Below are positions 38,895-48,279 of a stretch of DNA of 64,000 nucleotides, piece by piece. Below the pieces are notes generated by a model. It was not told the origin of the DNA, searched no databases, and was given only the letters and a program-made list of their open reading frames with translations. Made by a program: the position numbers and the translations under genes. The stretch is from an uncultured candidatus Porisulfidus sp. Its GTDB lineage: Bacteria; Pseudomonadota; Gammaproteobacteria; Poriferisulfidales; Oxydemutatoraceae. The first letter of the stretch is position 1. The number at the start of each line of letters is the position of its first letter. The stretch spans positions 256,001-320,000 of the forward strand of contig OZ244052.1 of the NCBI GenBank assembly GCA_965215125.1. Direction: 5' to 3'.

Positions 38895-39941
38895 ATGATA
38901 AAAAGAAAGTTTATATTATTTCTCGCTTTATTGATAGCGTTGTCGGCAAACGCAACAGAAATAGAATCTAATAGCGTAATCGTTACGATTAAGCCGTTAC
39001 ATTCTTTGGTTGCAGGAGTAATCGGAGATACCGGAAAAGCGCAGTTATTGGTTGACGAGGCTGTATCTCCTCATCATATGCAGTTAAAGCCTTCTCAAAT
39101 CAAAAGCATGCAAGAAGCGCACATTATCTTTTATATAGATGATAGTTTTGAGACATTTCTTGCACATGTTTTTAATATTCTGCCGGACGATGTGTTAAAA
39201 GTATCGATGATAGACAACGCAGCATTAATGTTACTACCCTATCGCAAAGGGACGGATTGGGAAGTACATGACCACCACGCGGACGAACACGATGCGGACG
39301 AACACAATGCGCACGACCACCATGCAGACGAGCATGAGGCACATGACGAACATGATACGCACGACCACCATGCGGACGAGCATGAGGCACATGACGAACA
39401 CGATACGCATGAAAGTTACGATATGCATGTATGGCTAGATCCAAAAAACGCTCAAAAGATGGTTGCACTAATCGCCGATACGCTTAGCACTGTATATCCC
39501 GAACACCGTGATATTTACAAAGCAAATGCACAAGGGTTGATGGAAAAAATAGATCGCTTGAATGTAGAACTCAAGACAGAACTCTCCCCGATACAAAACA
39601 AACCCTTTATCGTTTTTCACGACGCATATCAATATTTTGAACACGCTTATGGACTAAACGGCGTAGGGTCTATTACGTTTGAAGGAGGTGAGTTGCTGTC
39701 GCCGGTACGTATTAAATCAGTACGAGAAAAATTGCAGCGCACCAGGGCTACTTGCGTTTTCAGCGAACCGCAATTTCCCGCTCGCCCAATACAGACAATC
39801 GCCGAAGGTTTTGATATAAAGGTCTCGGTACTGGATCCGCTGGGTGCGAACTTAGCCAGCGACGAAAGCCTATACTTCGGTCTGCTTGAGGATTTGGCAC
39901 ACAACTTAACACAATGCTTAACGTCTGAAAACAAAGATTAA
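38895..39941 (+). CDS. znuA: Periplasmic zinc-binding protein with long His/Asp/Glu loop
   Basis: Signal peptide, TIKPLHSLV, SPHH..LKPS, DMHVWLDP, VFHDAYQYFE, LDPLG; GGAG RBS before ATG 38895. Confidence 0.93.
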   Translation: MIKRKFILFLALLIALSANATEIESNSVIVTIKPLHSLVAGVIGDTGKAQLLVDEAVSPHHMQLKPSQIKSMQEAHIIFYIDDSFETFLAHVFNILPDDVLKVSMIDNAALMLLPYRKGTDWEVHDHHADEHDADEHNAHDHHADEHEAHDEHDTHDHHADEHEAHDEHDTHESYDMHVWLDPKNAQKMVALIADTLSTVYPEHRDIYKANAQGLMEKIDRLNVELKTELSPIQNKPFIVFHDAYQYFEHAYGLNGVGSITFEGGELLSPVRIKSVREKLQRTRATCVFSEPQFPARPIQTIAEGFDIKVSVLDPLGANLASDESLYFGLLEDLAHNLTQCLTSENKD

Positions 39942-39953
39942 GCAATCATGCGC

Positions 39954-40316
39954 GGCTGTTAAAAGTAGAATCGCCGATTGAGCCAGTAGGTCAATCGGCG
40001 TAACTTTGAGCAGAACCTTAACATATTGGTGACGCATGCATTACAAAATGCAAAAATCGCCGATTGAGCCAGTAGGTCAATCGGCGTAACTTTGAGCAGA
40101 ACCTTAACATATTGGTGACGCATGCATTACAAAATGCAAAGCCTTTCCATGGAGTGGTACATTCCCCTCCTTCGGAGGGGTGGCAGGCGTAGCCTGACGG
40201 GGTGGTTGTGTCGTATCTGCATGATTTATAAATTCATTTATCCAATTTATGGAAACCAAAACCATACGGTGCAAGCGGTTGCAATTGTGCAAAACGGTAC
40301 TTTTTCAACACTCCCC
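39954..40316. repeat. MITE-like composite: 86-bp tandem duplication of the hairpin element + REP + ~100-bp extension
   Basis: Exact repeat at 39969-40054/40055-40140; REP at 40161-40206; 40157-40300 is an inverted match to ~44477-44617; degenerate ends GGCTGTTAAAAGT / ACTTTTTCAACACTCCC. Confidence 0.8.
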
Positions 40317-40522
40317 AATGTCTGCACTAAAAGTACCGCTCGCTACGGATAATGCGTTTACCCACCAATTTAAAACAACTACCCGTAGAAGCAGACTAAA
40401 TGGTATAACATACCTATTAGATTAATCAATATTGAGGTGCTACACGGTATCAAGAAATTACAGTGCAAAGCGTGAATAAAAAATCTACCATTTAGTAAGA
40501 CCTGCTAAAATACTTGCCGACA

Positions 40523-41956
40523 ATGACTATAGAATTAACAAAAGATTGGATCAAAAACTTAAAAACAGAGAAGGCTTATAACCTTTCGAGTCTCTTTTTG
40601 GACAATACCAAACCCAGAGAAGTTCTTTTTATATTGCAAAACCTAGGGCATCTGTCTACTAATTTCGACGATAGTTGTATCTTGCCTTTGGTAACCGATA
40701 AAAACCAGAAGATCCGTCTTTGGTCAATTAAAACATTAGGCAAAACCAAAAAAATAAAAAACCTACATGTGTTAGAAAAAGTAGCATATCGGGATACATC
40801 AACCGAGGTTAGAAGAGAAGCAATTTCCTCTATCGGTAGAATCAAGGATAAAGTGATTATTCCTACTCTAATCAAATTTCTTAACGACGATGATCCTAAA
40901 ATTGTTTTGCAAGCAATTAGAGGGCTTCTAACTTTTAGGACAGAACCTAAAGTCTGCCATGTACTTAAGAAATGTGCAACACATCCCAATGAAACGGTAC
41001 AGAAAGTCATTAAAAAAGAGTTTTTATCGGAAAATAAAACAATACCTAGAGAACAAAACCACCCTCAATCTTATCCTTTCTTAAAAAATGTGGTCGTGTT
41101 GGGCGATGTGAGAAAGACATTGAAGTATGTACCCGATGAGAGTTTTCATCTCACTTTTACATCGCCACCATACTATAACGCGAGAGATTACTCTATCTAC
41201 AAAAGTTATCGTGAGTACTTAGATTTTCTGAAAGAGGTTTTTTCCCTAACTTATAACAAAACCAAAGAAGGTCGTTTTCTAATAGTCAATACATCACCAA
41301 TTATTATTCCTAGAGTAAGCCGTCGGTATTCCAGCAAGCGATACCCCATACCCTTTGATATTCATAATTTTTTAGTGCCGATGGGTTGGGATTTCATAGA
41401 CGATATCGTCTGGGTGAAACCTGAATCCAGCGTCAAAAATAGAAATGCAGGCTTTTTACAGCATAGAAAACCACTTGCATATAAACCGAATACCGTAACC
41501 GAATATCTAATGGTCTATAGAAAAAAAAGCGATAAATTAATAGACTGGAATATCCACCAATACGACTCGAATACCGTTAACGATAGTAAAGTCAAAGATG
41601 GTTATGAAACATCCAATGTGTGGGAAATTGACCCCAAACATAACAAAATTCATTCGGCAGTTTTCCCCGACAGTTTATGCAAACGAGTCATAGAATATTA
41701 TTCCTTCAAAAATGATTTAGTGTTTGACCCGTTCGCCGGAAGCGGCACTTTCGGCAGAGTGGCTAAGTGCCTTAATAGATTTTTTTTCCTTACCGAAAAA
41801 GAATCCAAGTATTTCAATTATATAAAAGCCTCTTTTTCTAAAGAGGGCACTTTGTTTGAGAAAGAAGAAAAGAGAAACTCCTTTCTATGTCTGGATGAAT
41901 TTGGGACTGTTGAAAAAGTGCTGGCATCGCAAAAATCCAACCGCTATGCGCTGTGA
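40523..41956 (+). CDS. HEAT-repeat domain fused to a beta-class DNA methyltransferase (probably N4-C)
   Basis: N-terminal HEAT-like units (IRLWSIKTLG, VRREAISSIG, IVLQAIRGL); TSPPYY, HSAVFP, DPFAGSGT. The C-terminus is replaced by a MITE insertion. Confidence 0.88.
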   Translation: MTIELTKDWIKNLKTEKAYNLSSLFLDNTKPREVLFILQNLGHLSTNFDDSCILPLVTDKNQKIRLWSIKTLGKTKKIKNLHVLEKVAYRDTSTEVRREAISSIGRIKDKVIIPTLIKFLNDDDPKIVLQAIRGLLTFRTEPKVCHVLKKCATHPNETVQKVIKKEFLSENKTIPREQNHPQSYPFLKNVVVLGDVRKTLKYVPDESFHLTFTSPPYYNARDYSIYKSYREYLDFLKEVFSLTYNKTKEGRFLIVNTSPIIIPRVSRRYSSKRYPIPFDIHNFLVPMGWDFIDDIVWVKPESSVKNRNAGFLQHRKPLAYKPNTVTEYLMVYRKKSDKLIDWNIHQYDSNTVNDSKVKDGYETSNVWEIDPKHNKIHSAVFPDSLCKRVIEYYSFKNDLVFDPFAGSGTFGRVAKCLNRFFFLTEKESKYFNYIKASFSKEGTLFEKEEKRNSFLCLDEFGTVEKVLASQKSNRYAL

Positions 41957-42066
41957 ATATTTATAAACCGCCGTAGGGGCGGACTGGCATGATGCCTTAT
42001 TAAAAATCAAGCCGTTTTATTCATTTTTTATCTCCTTTTGTGAGTATCGATTTAGGACGCAAATGC

Positions 42067-42354
42067 TCAACAATAATTCGTGTCAAACGGTTGCTTGTGC
42101 GTGGTGACCCCATAAATAATACGCGTGAGCTTATGAGCGCAAGCAACAATAATCTGCTTTTTAGTTAACTCCGGACGCCGCCGACTTAATTGGTCGGCAA
42201 ATGCACGGATGGTTAGGTTATGCCGACGTGCCGAGAGTGCTGCCATAAATAGGAGGGTGCGCAGGTCGGCATTGCCCTGTTTAGAGATGGGCGTGGGCGA
42301 TGCGCAGTTGCCGGATTGCTTGTGCTTGGGCGTGATGCCGATATAGGCGGCGAG
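42067..42354 (-). pseudogene. IS110 recombinase, C-terminal part
   Basis: LAAYIGITPKHKQSGN...ISKQGNADLRTLLFMAA...KKQIIVACAHKLTRIIYGV...PFD; lacks its own start, so it is missing from the ORF track. Confidence 0.92.
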
Positions 42355-43495
42355 TGTACAATGCCAGATACATATTGGACTCTTTAGAACCTAATCTTTC
42401 CACTAGGAAAAGTACTTTTCCTAGTGGAAAAATACCTCTTAAATCAAAGTAGCCGACATGCAAAACCAGCACATCGGCTACCGCATTACAGGTTTTTATA
42501 AAATAGCCTCTTTTTCCAACAAAACGGAGGCTATGATGGCAACAGATGCCAAACAAAAACTTAATGCATTAGAATTTTGGAACAAACACGGCTTAAACGC
42601 AACCCAAGACTTTGTCGGGGTGAGCCGTTCCACCCTATACCGCTGGAAAAAGTGCTTTGACGAGGGCGGTGTATCCGCTTTGCGAGACGCAAGTAAAGCA
42701 CCTCGGCAGCATCGTCGCCGTAATTGGTCTACTCACATCAGCGATGAGATTAGGCGACTGCGACACAGCTATCCGAATATGGGTGCGCCGAAGATTTATT
42801 ACTTCTTAAAGCCGTGGTGTGATGCACGCGAACTGCAGTGTCCGAAGCCGCGCACCATTGCACGGTTGATTGCCGATGCATCCGACAACATGCGCTGTTC
42901 GCCCCCTAAACTCTCTAAAAGAAAACACAAATGCAAGACTTCTCAACCACGCAACCGTCTCAGCAAAGATGCCAAAGCGCAATTTCCCGGACACTGCGTG
43001 GCTATGGATACTATCCATTATTTCGTTAATCGAACACGCTATTATCTGTTCACTGCGATTGACCACTACAGCCGTTTTGCCGTTGCCATTACCTGCCGAC
43101 GCGCCCACAGTAAAAATGCTGCGACATTCGCAAGATTGGTGGACACGGTATTCCCCGGCAACCTCTCTCAAGTACTGACCGACAACGGGAGCGAGTTTGC
43201 CGGCGACTTCGAGGCTTATCTACAACGACACAACATTAAACACTGTTATACTTATCCTCGTTGCCCGAAAATGAATGCCATAGACGAGAGATTTAACCGT
43301 ACCATTCAGGAGGAGTTTGTAGCACATCATGAGGATATTTTAGTGACCGATTTAGCACAATTTAACGACGTATTATTTGAGTATCTCGGGCGGTATAACT
43401 TCAGGAGACCGCACCAAAGTCTAGCCTATAAAACACCGGCACAACAGCTTGCTTCCTTTTGTCCCCATTTGTCCAATATGTCATGGCATCGTACA
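42355..43495 (+). mobile_element. IS481-family element
   Basis: TIRs TGTACAATGCCAGATACATATTGGAC / revcomp TGTACGATGCCATGACATATTGGAC; 5-bp TSD GCGAG at 42350-42354 and 43496-43500. Confidence 0.93.
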
Positions 43496-43561
43496 GCGAG
43501 TTGCTTTGGATGGCGAAACGTATTATCATCCAGTACTGCACACAGGGCAGCCGCAGTTTGA
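42458..43561 (+). CDS. IS481-family DDE transposase
   Basis: HTH (VSRSTLYRW), AMDT, LTDNGSEF, ERFNRTIQEE, YNFRRPHQSL; the ORF reads through the right TIR. Confidence 0.9.
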   Translation: MQNQHIGYRITGFYKIASFSNKTEAMMATDAKQKLNALEFWNKHGLNATQDFVGVSRSTLYRWKKCFDEGGVSALRDASKAPRQHRRRNWSTHISDEIRRLRHSYPNMGAPKIYYFLKPWCDARELQCPKPRTIARLIADASDNMRCSPPKLSKRKHKCKTSQPRNRLSKDAKAQFPGHCVAMDTIHYFVNRTRYYLFTAIDHYSRFAVAITCRRAHSKNAATFARLVDTVFPGNLSQVLTDNGSEFAGDFEAYLQRHNIKHCYTYPRCPKMNAIDERFNRTIQEEFVAHHEDILVTDLAQFNDVLFEYLGRYNFRRPHQSLAYKTPAQQLASFCPHLSNMSWHRTASCFGWRNVLSSSTAHRAAAV

Positions 43562-44187
43562 GTTCCGATTCCAGGAATGGAACACAGCAACTGGTGAAGC
43601 TGTGTGAGGTGCTCGTCTTGAGCGATGATTTTGTCCATTGAGGCATTAATCTTATCGATCTGCTTCTCATGGTTCTTCAGGCTAGTGGCTGCCACCTTTT
43701 TTTGCTTCGCATCGCGCAGGGTATTAGCGCAATTGCTTAACATCGTACAACACTTGACTAATTCCCTGCGCCATTTCAGTGCGTCGCGCAAAGCTTGCAC
43801 AGCCGGTGAGGGCTTTTGCCAATTGTTTTCAGGCGGGATAGCAAATACGAAGCGTGCGATGATACGCGCATCCACGCGATCGGTTTTACTGCGTATGCCG
43901 AGCGAGTCGCGGAATCTAGCGATCAGCACCGGTGCTGCCACGATGATTGGATGCCCGGCATCATAGCCGGCCATGCACAGGTCTAGTTCAAGACCGCCGG
44001 TCGCCTCAACACAGATGCGACACTGCTGTGCGCGGTGTTTGCTCGTCCAAGCTAACAACTGTTTGATGCCTTGGGCATCACTACTAAATTGTTGCTCGGC
44101 AAAACTATTATCAGTGAATAATAGAGCCGCCTCTAAAGTGTCTTTAGAGACATCAACGCCAATCGTGACGGGTTGTTTGTTTTCCAT
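43496..44187 (-). pseudogene. IS110 recombinase, N-terminal part (DEDD RuvC-like domain)
   Basis: GVDVSK, VEATG, KTDRVDA, LCSIPGIG; joins 42067-42354 in frame to give 324 aa. Confidence 0.93.
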
Positions 44188-44234
44188 AATAAATTACTCC
44201 ATAAGGGTTGGTTAATGAATGAAATACTAGGTAT

Positions 44235-44430
44235 CAAACACAGTTTAGGAAAGTATGACTACGCCGCCCAAACAGATGAATACGAGATCTAAAGTCCCAA
44301 GCTGCCTTTCGAGCTCTATAGTCATAACGCCGGAGGAGTGCTTTTCATACCATCAGGCTTTAATGCCTCGTCCGTCCTGCAGCGTGTCTCCTCCGACTTC
44401 CTAGGCACTGCATCTGCCTAAGCGTTTATC
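44235..44430 (-). ncRNA. Putative IS110 bridge RNA
   Basis: 5' hairpin TAGGCA..TGCCTA; stem GTCGGAGGAG/CTCCTCCGGC enclosing target-matching guides; stem TATGACTA/TAGTCATA enclosing a donor-matching guide. Ends approximate. Confidence 0.72.
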
Positions 44431-44928
44431 TTATATCAAATAAGCCAGGGTTTAATATATCTGTCCGCCCTAAAGTTCCGTTCTGCACAGCCGTAACCGC
44501 TTGCGCCGTATGGTTTTGGTTTCCATAAATCGGGTGGATGAATGTATAAATCTTGCAGATACGACACAACCACCCCGTCAGGCTGCGCCTGCCACCCCTC
44601 CGAAGGAGGGGAATGTACCGTTCCTACAGTTCGTGGATACTTTTTCAACAGTCCCACGCAGCAACCACTCCATGGAAAGGCTTTACATTTTGTACTATGT
44701 ATCAAAGTTCTGCACAATGTCACGCCGTTTGTGCTACTGCAACAAACGGCGGTTCTATCGCGCCTGCCACCCCTCCACAGGAGGGGAATAATACTCTTTA
44801 AACAGTCCCAATTTAAGAACACCCTTAAAGAATGACACTAAGCGAACGTATTGAAAAAATATTTAACGAGATATTCGTTAATTAAACATAAGCTGTTAAT
44901 CGGAAGAATTGCCGTAAAATAATCTCTT

Positions 44929-46020
44929 ATGGAGATGGATGCGCTTGCCGATAGAATTAAACGATGGGGAATAGAACTCGGCTTTTCCGATGTCGGTTTC
45001 GCCAATACCGAATTGCACGGTTATGAACTCAAGCTACTGGAGTGGTTGAACGATGGAATGCACGGTGAGATGCATTTTATGGAAAAACACGGCAACAAGC
45101 GCAGTAGACCCGAAAAATTAATCGACGGTACCGTTAGCATCATATCGGTGCGCATGAATTATCTCGATAAGGATGCTACGGATGCAGATACGGTATTAAA
45201 GCAACCCGAAAAAGCGTATATTTCCCGCTATGCCTTGGGGCGCGATTACCACAAATTGATACGCAAAAGATTGCAGCGGCTCGCCGATAAAATTACCCAG
45301 GCGATCGGACCTTTTGCATACCGCGCATTCAGCGATAGCGCGCCGGTATTGGAGAAGCCGCTTGCCGAACAAGCCGCACTCGGTTGGATCGGCAAGCACA
45401 CGCTATTGCTCGATCGCTCTGCCGGTTCGTGGTTTTTCTTAGGGGAGCTGTATACGAATTTGGCACTCCCACCGTCTACCCCGACGACGAATCACTGCGG
45501 GAGCTGTGAACGTTGCATGGATATATGCCCGACTCGAGCTATCGTTGCACCCTATAAACTGGATGCACGACGTTGCATCGCTTATTTAACGATAGAACTT
45601 AAGGGTTCTATCCCGGTAGAGTTGCGTCCTCTGATGGGCAATCGCATATTCGGCTGCGACGATTGTCAACTGGTTTGCCCGTGGAACCGTTATGTGCGCT
45701 ATTCCACCGAAGAAAAATTTCGCACACTACATAATCTGGATTCGGCAGATTTGATAGAACTATTTTCATGGAACGAACAAATGTTTTGCGACAGATTGGC
45801 GGGGTCGGTCATTAAACGTAGCGGTTATGAAAGTTGGCTCAGGAATATCGCAGTGGCACTCGGCAATGCACCCGGTAGCGATGAAGTTATACGAGCTTTG
45901 AAGACACGCCTGCACCATCCTTCCGAAATCGTTCGTGAGCATGTACGATGGGGCATCGCACAACATACTCGGAATACCGATACTAAGTGTTCCCCTCGCG
46001 CCACGCCAGATATTTATTAA
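44929..46020 (+). CDS. queG: Epoxyqueuosine reductase
   Basis: ISRYALGRDYH, DSAPVLEK, GWIGKH, CGSCERCMDICPT, GCDDCQLVCPWN. Confidence 0.96.
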   Translation: MEMDALADRIKRWGIELGFSDVGFANTELHGYELKLLEWLNDGMHGEMHFMEKHGNKRSRPEKLIDGTVSIISVRMNYLDKDATDADTVLKQPEKAYISRYALGRDYHKLIRKRLQRLADKITQAIGPFAYRAFSDSAPVLEKPLAEQAALGWIGKHTLLLDRSAGSWFFLGELYTNLALPPSTPTTNHCGSCERCMDICPTRAIVAPYKLDARRCIAYLTIELKGSIPVELRPLMGNRIFGCDDCQLVCPWNRYVRYSTEEKFRTLHNLDSADLIELFSWNEQMFCDRLAGSVIKRSGYESWLRNIAVALGNAPGSDEVIRALKTRLHHPSEIVREHVRWGIAQHTRNTDTKCSPRATPDIY

Positions 46021-47590
46021 TCAGACCGCGGGTCGAAGCGTCCAACGAGGTTATCACATCGCTTTTATCTTCGCTCGGATTGTTTTGCAAGCAATCAAAA
46101 ACTCGGCTCGCTAGTTGCTTTCCTTGTTCCACCCCCCACTGGTCGAAAGAATTAATCCCCCAAATCAAGCCCTCACAAAATACTTTGTGTTCGTACAATG
46201 CAATTAAAGAACCCAAAGTGTGCGGGCTAAGTTTACGGAGCATAATCGTATTGTTCGGTCGATCTCCCGGACATTCACGCTCGGATGCACCGTCCTGTAC
46301 GCCCTGCATCAACGCATGAGACTGAGCAAAACAACTTGCATGAGGCCAAGCCCCCCCGTCGGTTTTATTAGCGATACCGTCGGTGTCGGCAGTCACGATG
46401 AAATCAATCGGGATTAATCGCGTGCCTTGATGCAAAAGTTGGTAATATGCGTGCTGCCCGTCCAGAGCCTTCCCACCCCATATTACCGGAGCCGTATCGC
46501 AATCGAGTCTCTGCCCGTATCTATCCACGCGTTTGCCGTTGCTTTCCATTTCCACCTGTTGCAAATAATCGGGTAATAGTTCCAAGCGGGTGTCGTAACA
46601 CAACACGGCATGGCTTTGTGCATCGTGAAAATTGTTATACCAAATGCCGAGCAAGGCTAGAATAACCGGCATATTCTTTTCCGGTTCGGCGGTTTGAAAG
46701 TGCCGATCCATTCGGTAAGCACCGGTCAATAACTGTTCGTATATCTCCATACCCAAGTTTACTGCAAGCGGTAATCCCGCTGCCGAACACAAAGAATAAC
46801 GACCGCCTATCGTAGTCGGTATCGCTAAGCAATGCTCGGGGGCGATACCGAACTCAACAGCTCGGGCACACTCGGCTGTCACCGCAAACATCCGATTTTC
46901 TGCACCATTGCCCAACCAAGTTTTAGCATAGCTTGCATTCATCAAGGTTTCTCGGGTTTTGAATTTCTTAGAAATAACGATAAAACAGGTATGTTCGGGG
47001 TTCAACTCGGACAGCAAAGACTCTAATTCCCCACAACCTACCGTAGAAACAAAATGAACCCTGGAGGGTGTTTGCTTATAAGTCGCTAGGGCTTGACTTG
47101 CCATCGCCGGACCGATATGCGACCCTCCTATGCCCAGACTGACGACATCGGTAATCGTTTGTCCGCTGGCACGGTGCGGAACCGAACCGGACAATTCCAA
47201 ACATAATTCTTGCATTCGTTGTTTGGTTGCAATAATCTCGGTGTTCAAATCATCGGCATTCGGTTCATCCGACCGGCTACGAGGTTGACGCAAGACGGTA
47301 TGCAACGCTGCCTGTTTTTCACTTAGATTGATTTCGTCGCCTTTGAATAACCGCGCTCGCCAATCTATAAAATCCGACGAGTTCAATAATTCTACCAATA
47401 GCTTTATAGTCTCGTCGGTAAATTTATTTTTTGAATAATCTAGAAATAGGTCGTGTACTTCTATTGAATATTTGTCAAAGCGCTCGCGGTCTTGTGCGAA
47501 TAGATCGTGCAGTCGCATCGATTGCGATTGCGCATGGTGTGCCTTTAACTTTTTTAGGATATCCGTTTTTTGATTAGAATATGGCTTCAT
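45983..47590 (-). CDS. pgi: Glucose-6-phosphate isomerase
   Basis: DYSKN, GIGGSHIGP, GGRYS, MESNGK, GQHAYYQLLHQG, FDQWGVEQGK. Confidence 0.95.
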   Translation of the reverse strand: MKPYSNQKTDILKKLKAHHAQSQSMRLHDLFAQDRERFDKYSIEVHDLFLDYSKNKFTDETIKLLVELLNSSDFIDWRARLFKGDEINLSEKQAALHTVLRQPRSRSDEPNADDLNTEIIATKQRMQELCLELSGSVPHRASGQTITDVVSLGIGGSHIGPAMASQALATYKQTPSRVHFVSTVGCGELESLLSELNPEHTCFIVISKKFKTRETLMNASYAKTWLGNGAENRMFAVTAECARAVEFGIAPEHCLAIPTTIGGRYSLCSAAGLPLAVNLGMEIYEQLLTGAYRMDRHFQTAEPEKNMPVILALLGIWYNNFHDAQSHAVLCYDTRLELLPDYLQQVEMESNGKRVDRYGQRLDCDTAPVIWGGKALDGQHAYYQLLHQGTRLIPIDFIVTADTDGIANKTDGGAWPHASCFAQSHALMQGVQDGASERECPGDRPNNTIMLRKLSPHTLGSLIALYEHKVFCEGLIWGINSFDQWGVEQGKQLASRVFDCLQNNPSEDKSDVITSLDASTRGLINKYLAWREGNT

Positions 47591-47689
47591 TTTGTATTGT
47601 GTTGTGCAAAGCCGATAGCTTAAACGATTAACGAACTTTGCGCTTTATCACGATTATTATACAAAAGATAGCCGATACTATTGATTAAA

Positions 47690-48274
47690 TTAGATAGATC
47701 TATAGGGACTATAGCAATAGTATTTAGGTTTGTTATCCAATCTGATATGCAACCATGCCACACCGCCACCTGCGGTGTTCAGCCATCTAGGTGTGTTATC
47801 CAGATGTGCCTCAACCAGCCGACCGACTCGCTGCCACAACGCGTGATTTTGATGATCGGGCGCATGTCTGCTAAATGCCGCTAAATGACCGTAGGCAAAG
47901 ACTTCGGCTTTAGGACACGGGGCTACCAACCAAGCGTCTCTACCCAAGTTAGGAAATGCAACTACATCTTTATCCGAAAAATAGCCTGCAAATGCATCGG
48001 CATCGGGAGGTAGGTCTAATCCCGGGCTATCTATTATCACGAACTCAAAAGGACGATGCACGGTGTCCGAACTCAGCGGCGGTGTCTCCCAACGATAAGC
48101 GATATATTCAATACTTGATAAGAAACCGATATAAAAGGCTCTGAAAATATCACTTTTCTGCCATAAGGCGATCACCGAATGATAACTCATTACGGCACCT
48201 TCCTTTAATATACGTACCTTTAGTACCCCTTTAGTAGCAACCTCCTCGTTTACACGAGTTTCAAACATACCCAA
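47690..48274 (-). CDS. Conserved hypothetical protein (DUF6940-like)
   Basis: WETPP, FEFV, FPNLGRDA, WLNTAGGGVAWLHIRLD..PKYY. Confidence 0.7.
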   Translation of the reverse strand: MGMFETRVNEEVATKGVLKVRILKEGAVMSYHSVIALWQKSDIFRAFYIGFLSSIEYIAYRWETPPLSSDTVHRPFEFVIIDSPGLDLPPDADAFAGYFSDKDVVAFPNLGRDAWLVAPCPKAEVFAYGHLAAFSRHAPDHQNHALWQRVGRLVEAHLDNTPRWLNTAGGGVAWLHIRLDNKPKYYCYSPYRSI

Positions 48275-48279
48275 TCTCC

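Larger units (their letters stand above)
41991..44460 (-). mobile_element. IS110-family element inserted in a GTAG REP and interrupted by IS481
   Basis: Flanks GTAGGGGCGGACTGGC[AT] and [AT]CTGTCCGCCC rejoin into a palindrome; no TIR or TSD apart from the AT core. Confidence 0.8.
41903..44809. mobile_element. Non-autonomous TIR element (MITE) carrying nested IS110 and IS481
   Basis: Ends GGGACTGTTGAAAAAGT / ACTCTTTAAACAGTCCC; 5-bp TSD AATTT at 41898-41902 and 44810-44814; an internal perfect TIR copy at 44639-44655. Confidence 0.8.
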
